From NCBI GenBank assembly GCA_000092065.1, contig CP000596.1: 64,000 nucleotides of DNA; one strand, 5' to 3'. The DNA comes from Ostreococcus lucimarinus. Its lineage: Eukaryota. Under the pieces are notes generated by a model. That model had not been told where the DNA came from and searched no databases. It worked only from the letters and a program-made list of their open reading frames with translations. Shown in pieces: positions 58,880 through 64,000 of the stretch. Numbering within the stretch: the first letter of the stretch is position 1; every line of letters begins with the position of its first letter. The position numbers were made by a program, and so were the translations under genes.

Positions 58880-60466
58880 CTAAGACGAAGAATCCTCCGC
58901 CGTGACGCCTGACATCACCGTCGCTTCTCTTTCCAATCTCTCTAAAAGTCGAATCTTGTCCGCATATTTCCAATACGGATTGGCGTCGAGCGTGTTCACC
59001 GCCATCTTCGACATTTCGCGCAAGACGTTGTCTTTGTCGATGTCGGAGACGACGGCTTCGAGCGAGGCGCGTTCGGCGAGGAAGTTATCGCGGAAAGGAG
59101 ACAAACCCGCGCGCTTACGCATCAAACGTTCGTAATCGCGCTGCTGCGCTCTCGCCTCCACCGCTTCCTTCTTCAAAAACTCAAACTCTTCCTCGCTCTC
59201 CACCTCGGCGGCTTGCATCAGCCACTCCTTGTTCGCTTCGACGTACTCTTCGTCGCTCTGCGCTCGTTCTTGGCTCCCAAGGCGTGGCGTTTCGATGATA
59301 TGCGCAACATCGAGGTTTTCGTGGAACAAAAGCAAACTCTTACGATCGAACTCTTGCCTGTCATAATCGTAAGTCTTGTTCTCGGCTTGAAGCTGACGCG
59401 CGACGCGAATGCGCTCGGTGAGCGCCTGTTGAATCTTCGCGTCTTGCGCGTCGCCTCTCTTCTCGCGACGACGCGTCGACGGCGCAGCGCGTCTACGCTG
59501 TGCGATACCCATTCCCATGGCGCCATCCTTGCTACGTCGCGACGACGTGGATGCTAAAAGCGATGGATCAAACTTCAAATCATCCACCGAGCCGCCGTCG
59601 GTGCGTCGCTTGTAGCGAGGCACGAAAAATTTAACATTTTCTCGCCCCGCGGCGACGCGTTCGGCACGCCGCGCTTCAGACATCTCCCGCGCCTTTGCCT
59701 TCTGATCCATTAACTTTTCTGCTCGAATCTTGCGACGATTTGCAATCTCCGCCTCTCGCCTCTCCAACGCCTCCGCCGCCGCCTCCGCGTCCAACGGTTC
59801 GCCGTCGTCGCCGACGAGCGACGTCAAATTCTCAATCACTTTTCGCGACTTTCGCCTCGGCGTCGGTGACATCTCCTCAACTTCCCCTTCTTGCGGTTTC
59901 TTTGCCGCTAATCGCAACACCAACGCCCCCGGCGCGCCGTCCAGCGCCCCCAACTCGCCCTCGCTCGCCGCCGCGATCGCCTTCTCCGCGTGTTCCGCCC
60001 TCACGAAGCGCACCAGCCCGCCCGGCCACGGCCCCTCGGGATTCAGCGCTTTCGCCGATAATATCGGTCCATACTTTCTAAACGTCCGCTTCAGCATGTC
60101 CTCGTCCACGCCCGGCGGCATGTTTTTCACGTAGACGTTCGCCGCGTCCCGAGGCGACGGTTCGAGCCTCGCTCGCGTCTGCGCCGTCCGTCGTCGCGTC
60201 CGCCGTTTCGCCGTCTCCGCGTCCCGCGCCGTCGCGTCGTCACCCTCGTCATCGTTCGTCGCTCGCGTCGTCGTCGCGTTCGCGTCCTCGCCCGCGTCGT
60301 CGTCGTCGTCGCCGTTCGTCGTCGTCGTCGACAGAAACCTAAGCGCGATCGCGCGCCCGCTCGCGCGCGTCGCGCTCGCGCTCGCGCGATGCGACGCCTC
60401 GTCGGCGAAGCGCGCGCGCGTCAGCGCCTCCGCGAGCGCGCCGCGGGCGAGCGCGCGAAGCCGCAT
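58880..60466 (-). CDS. RRM-domain RNA-binding protein with long charged C-terminal region
   Basis: NVYVKNMPPGVDEDMLKRTFRKYGPILSAKAL...GLVRFVRAEHAEKAI is RRM-like. The rest is K/E/R-rich helical. The N-terminus is (GAC/GCG) low complexity. Confidence 0.5.
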   Translation of the reverse strand: MRLRALARGALAEALTRARFADEASHRASASATRASGRAIALRFLSTTTTNGDDDDDAGEDANATTTRATNDDEGDDATARDAETAKRRTRRRTAQTRARLEPSPRDAANVYVKNMPPGVDEDMLKRTFRKYGPILSAKALNPEGPWPGGLVRFVRAEHAEKAIAAASEGELGALDGAPGALVLRLAAKKPQEGEVEEMSPTPRRKSRKVIENLTSLVGDDGEPLDAEAAAEALERREAEIANRRKIRAEKLMDQKAKAREMSEARRAERVAAGRENVKFFVPRYKRRTDGGSVDDLKFDPSLLASTSSRRSKDGAMGMGIAQRRRAAPSTRRREKRGDAQDAKIQQALTERIRVARQLQAENKTYDYDRQEFDRKSLLLFHENLDVAHIIETPRLGSQERAQSDEEYVEANKEWLMQAAEVESEEEFEFLKKEAVEARAQQRDYERLMRKRAGLSPFRDNFLAERASLEAVVSDIDKDNVLREMSKMAVNTLDANPYWKYADKIRLLERLEREATVMSGVTAEDSSS

Positions 60467-60519
60467 CGCGCGCCGCGCGTCGCGATCTGCGCCGCGTCAC
60501 ATCGCGCCGCGTCATCGTC

Positions 60520-61443
60520 ATGACGCTCGCGCGGCGCGCACCGCGCGTCTCGGTCGCCCTCGCGCGCGACGAGGGACGATCGCGACGACGCGCGCCCGAG
60601 CGCGCCCGAGCGCGTCGCGGCGCGCGCGCGCGGGCGAAGGAATCGAGCGGAGACTTCATCACGGACGTCGTCGGGAAGATTTTCGGCGCCGACGCGCTCG
60701 CGGACCCCGAACCGTTCGGACTGAAGCGCATGAACAAGGACGAGTGGCCCGATCAGTGGCCCGCGGAGACGACGGCGTCGGCGGCGGCGCTGGCGAGCGA
60801 CGAGGGGGAGGTGAGGGAGATTCGACCGGCGCTGAAGCAGACGCAGTTGGAAAAGTTGGCGCTCGGGTGCGCGTACGACGCGAGGACGCACGGGTGGTCG
60901 GCGCGCGCGTTTCACACGCAACTCGACGGTCAGGGCGCGGCCGTGTTGGTCGGGAAGACGGCGGACGGGGAGACGTTCGGAGGATATAATCCGATCGGTT
61001 GGTTGGGATACGGCGAAGCGCGCGACGCCATCTCGGCGTTTTTGTACGTGCTCGATCGAAAAACGGGTAAAGCCGTCAAGCTGCCCAAGACGGGCGGGAG
61101 CGGCATGGCGATCATCGATGAGGATGGGAAAGGGCCGCAGTGGGGGCCGGACGGGTTGAAGATTTCGCTCGAGGGACGAAGCGCGAGGTCGCGGTTGGGG
61201 ACGTATTACGAAACCATGCCAGACGGCGGCGACTGCATGTTCGCGAACACCAAGCGCGGATCACCCGTGGAACTCACCGAGCTTCGCGTCTACGTGTCCT
61301 TAGAGGACACCGAGATCGCGAAAAATTACCAGCCGAACGCGTTGCAGTGGCAAAAGGGGGAACTGGAAGAGATTCGATCGAACGACGACGACCCAAACCA
61401 CATGGACGGGTTCTTCGGCAAACTCTTCGGCAAGAAAAAGTAA
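60520..61443 (+). CDS. TLDc-domain protein with presequence-like N-terminus
   Basis: ARAFHTQLDGQGAAVLVGKTADGETFGGYNPIGW...AISAFLYVL matches TLDc (TBC/LysM-associated) conserved blocks. Confidence 0.6.
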   Translation: MTLARRAPRVSVALARDEGRSRRRAPERARARRGARARAKESSGDFITDVVGKIFGADALADPEPFGLKRMNKDEWPDQWPAETTASAAALASDEGEVREIRPALKQTQLEKLALGCAYDARTHGWSARAFHTQLDGQGAAVLVGKTADGETFGGYNPIGWLGYGEARDAISAFLYVLDRKTGKAVKLPKTGGSGMAIIDEDGKGPQWGPDGLKISLEGRSARSRLGTYYETMPDGGDCMFANTKRGSPVELTELRVYVSLEDTEIAKNYQPNALQWQKGELEEIRSNDDDPNHMDGFFGKLFGKKK

Positions 61444-61512
61444 TATGTATTAGCGGCAGCTTTTAATCGATGTTGTACAACGCGTGCGCGCAAATAATAT
61501 CGATTCGTCAAT

Positions 61513-62196
61513 CTATTGCCCCTCCGGCATGGCGTCCGGCGGATTCTCCGCGAGCTCGCGCTCGAACGCCTCGAGCGCTTCCTCGTCTTCGCGTTTCAGC
61601 CGCATCCCTCTGTGCCCGCCCGGATACCGTCCCTCCACGAACGCCTTCGCCGCCGTCAGGCTCATCCGCATCTTAAACATCACGTACGCCACCGCCACCG
61701 ACGGCGCCTTCGACCGCCCGCTCATGCAATACACCAACACTCTCATCGGATAAGACTCGTACGCCCTCGCCGACCGCGCGTGCAGCGCCTGCAAGCGCTC
61801 GCACGCGTGTCTAAAATCCAACCCCCTCTCCGGCGGTTCCCTCGCGTTCAGCGTCACCACGCTCAAATACTTCCCACTGCAGCACGGCGTGCAGCTCGGC
61901 ACCGCGTTTATCACCGTTCGCACCCCCGCCGCGAGCAGCGCGCGTTCGCTCGACGTGTGCTCGAACGCGCCCACCAGCATGAACCTCTCGATCACCTCCA
62001 CCACCGTCGTCGACTGCGCGCGCGCCCGAGCGCCGCCGTCCCGCGTCGTCGCTCGTCCGCGCGCGTCGCGGGACGCCTCCGCGTCGCGCGCGCGCACGTG
62101 CCCGCACTCCGCGCACGTCGTCCCGCGCGCGTGGTAGTGCTCGCACGTCTCGCAGCGCTCGTCCGCGAGCGCCTCGTCGCTCGCGCGCTTGGGCAT
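61513..62196 (-). CDS. Dual-specificity-phosphatase-like protein with N-terminal CxxC...CxxC zinc ribbon; atypical P-loop (Y-C-M-S-G-R-S-K)
   Basis: DSPc fold: VRTVINAVP...VLVYCMSGRSKAPSVAVAYVMF. The zinc ribbon is CETCEHYHARGTTCAECGH. The start is taken at MPKRASDE (about 62196); the ORF continues to 62727 through GC-rich text. Confidence 0.55.
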   Translation of the reverse strand: MPKRASDEALADERCETCEHYHARGTTCAECGHVRARDAEASRDARGRATTRDGGARARAQSTTVVEVIERFMLVGAFEHTSSERALLAAGVRTVINAVPSCTPCCSGKYLSVVTLNAREPPERGLDFRHACERLQALHARSARAYESYPMRVLVYCMSGRSKAPSVAVAYVMFKMRMSLTAAKAFVEGRYPGGHRGMRLKREDEEALEAFERELAENPPDAMPEGQ

Positions 62197-62701
62197 CGCG
62201 CGCGCGGCGACGGCGACGCGATCGGCGTTCGATCGCGATCGCGTCGCGAGCCGACGCTTCGCGCGCGCGGCGCACTGGCGACGAATCGACGAATCGCCGC
62301 GCGTCGTCGTCGCGTCGCCGGACACGACGGCGCGCGCGCGAACGCCGAGCGACGACGCGCGAGACCGCGACGCGCGGCGATTCGTCGATTCGCGCGACGC
62401 GCCGGATCGCGCGACGCGCCGGATCGCGCGAGAGGACGCGAGAGGACGCGAGAGGACGCGCTTCGACGAGTCGGCACCGATGCCGCGATCGCGCGCGACG
62501 ACGCGCGACGACGACGACGCGTGCGATGCGAACGGCGACGATCCGTGCGCGATGGGGGCGCTGTTGCTCCTGGGGGCGCGCGACGCCGCGCGCGAGGGAC
62601 GCGGGCGCGCGGCGGGGGCGCGGCGGGAGCGACGCGGCGAAGGGACGCGCGAGGGAGCGAGGGACGACGATGGATCGGTAAAAATAAAAATCAACGAAAG
62701 C

Positions 62702-64000
62702 GCGCTGAAGATGAGGCTTGGGATCAAGAATGCGGATCATCGGCGGTTGATTTATAGGTGGACGAACGCGCTGATTCGCGCGGTGGGGTTGAAGGTGCCG
62801 ACGGGATTGGGGGCGATTGTTTTGCATAACGCGAAGAACAAGCGGGAGAAATTCGATAAATTTTTGTTGCATTACTACGGGAAGGAGTCGTTTTCGCCGG
62901 GGACGTATTGGTACTCGAACGCGAACGCGCTGGCATTTTTTAGCGAAATATTTTACGTCGCGACGAATGGACGCGTGCGGTGCAACGACGACGACATCAT
63001 GCAAATCTTTTCGAAATCCGATCCAAACAGGCAGGCGAGCACGTGGGTGACGTCGTCTGCTACGTTGGAGCGCTTTGGAATCACTCGCATGGAAGTTTTG
63101 GCGATTTATTGCGGTGAACCTCGCTTTGAGAACGGTTGGCCGAAGGGGCAACCGCTTCGCGTGCAGCCACCAAAAATCGTGGTGACTCAGCGCGATGGCT
63201 CGGTCACCGATAAATCTGACTTGACAAATGTGAAGACAAATACCGCTCTCGTCGACCCAGGGCGGGTGGCGCTCAAGCGCGAAAGATCGAAAAAGCACGT
63301 CGTCTCCGTGGTTGGTGTCGACCCGCGAGTCACCTCGTTGGGTTGGAAGCGACAGGCGGTGGAATCGGGACACGCGATGCAGAGGACGACGCTGCTGGAG
63401 CGTCAAGCGATTGAACTTTGCAAGCACATCGAGCCGAGCGAAGAAAACTCACCAATAATGATTATGCCTCTGATTTACGATCAGATTTTACGAGGCACAA
63501 AGTGCTGCGGACCGCGATCCCGACCTTGCGAGAGAAACAAATTTAACAAACACTACGGTAAACTTCTGTCTACCGACGTCTTCTTGCCTGAAGACGTCGG
63601 TGTCGCGCTGAAAATCAAAGACTCCGCGGTTGAAGTGCAAGAGCTTTTCAGGAAGTTCACCAACGCTTTCCTCAAGCTTAAAGTTGCCATGGCGGATTTG
63701 GACGAAGTGAGCGCTACGCGAGACTCAGTATCGACCACGTTAAACGGTGTACTCTCGGTCTTAAATACCGTGGCCGATACGAAAAGGAAAAGTGAACTCG
63801 AAGCCATCATCACCGAGCAACGAGCTCACTTTCATGGGCTCGAGTCGGAAGTCGCGCGCTTGAATAAAATTGTGGACAGCGTTCGCGTTGAGTTCGACAA
63901 GTCGGAGTCCGCGGCGCGTCAGCCCTATTTGGATATCGTACGTCGTTGCTACGAGCTCGGTAGTTTGGTGCAAGATCGAATGCAAAAGAGTATCAACGCA
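62702..64000 (+). CDS. Partial (3'-truncated at window edge) hypothetical protein, about 50% GC, with a RuvC/YqgF-like VVGVDPRVTSLGW motif
   Basis: I translated it by hand from the ATG at about 62702. The frame stays open to position 64000 (over 430 codons). It is not in the ORF track, presumably because no stop falls within the window. The antisense ORF 61811..63427 is R-rich and rejected. Confidence 0.4.

Noticed and set aside
61516-63427. Plus-strand 413-aa and minus-strand 538-aa ORFs across the DSP and 3' partial genes
   Set aside because: Arg-rich artefacts. The real genes are the DSP on the minus strand (61513..62196) and the roughly 50% GC ORF on the plus strand (62702..64000).
1-64000. 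tRNA, rRNA and snRNA genes
   Set aside because: I scanned for tRNA-like T-arm motifs (GGTTCGAATCC and similar) and conserved U6 or rRNA motifs and found none. Absence is not proven without tRNAscan or Infernal.
62700-64000. Low-GC (about 50%) window edge as a horizontally acquired or viral island
   Set aside because: Other conserved, membrane-rich genes in the window (the OSCA channel, CslA-like GT2 and ALG3) have the same roughly 50% GC. The drop reflects coding content, not a compositional island.

Overview
This window is GC-rich (about 65-70% overall; some intergenic stretches are near 80% GC, while 3' intergenic and membrane-protein coding stretches drop to about 50%). It reads as gene-dense eukaryotic nuclear DNA with genes on both strands, about one gene per 1.4 kb, and it contains spliceosomal introns. 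Composition, compactness, rare short introns and gene content (a cytochrome c6A with the Cys-loop insertion, plastid-type transit peptides, a CslA-like GT2, a cytochrome c haem lyase) fit best with a green-alga chromosome of the Mamiellophyceae, Micromonas-like. That assignment is inference; I cannot run a search. I support about 44 protein-coding genes. They include an AGC protein kinase, a START-domain protein, a DEK_C-HMG-SWIB chromatin protein (two exons), a CslA-like glycosyltransferase, a DMT transporter, an F-box/RCC1 protein, a small HSP20, a GDP-sugar transporter, ribosomal protein L44e/L36a (two exons), MRPL46, TFIIH p62, a Golgi-type glycosyltransferase, Ctf4/WDHD1, an OSCA/CSC1 channel, a CPBP protease, LSM14/Scd6 (two exons), NDUFS8, AP-3 sigma, COX6B, a haem lyase, 6-phosphogluconolactonase, cytochrome c6A, a mitochondrial carrier, ALG3, a CAD-type alcohol dehydrogenase (two exons), a TLDc protein, a dual-specificity phosphatase and several hypotheticals. 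I did not recognise any rRNA, tRNA, CRISPR array, or clear autonomous transposon. The ORF track accepts non-ATG starts and reports many long arginine/alanine-rich ORFs that are just the other frames or strands of GC-rich DNA; I reject those explicitly below. The most unusual things I see are: (i) a handful of short introns sharing a GTGCG(A/T)G donor and extended, nearly identical 3' ends (gACTGACga ... gcgCAG), which look like an introner-like family; (ii) an ~87-bp dispersed element carrying a TATA box and a TGAC..GTCA palindrome, present three times at 5' gene ends; (iii) a 123-bp x3 minisatellite in a bidirectional promoter; (iv) plant-type telo-boxes in the r-protein intron and one promoter; (v) a repeated F-K-R..F-x-L-R-K motif (5 copies) in a coiled-coil protein. 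I found no convincing novel multi-gene system. Coordinates I derived by hand (intron borders, refined starts) may be off by 1-2 nt.
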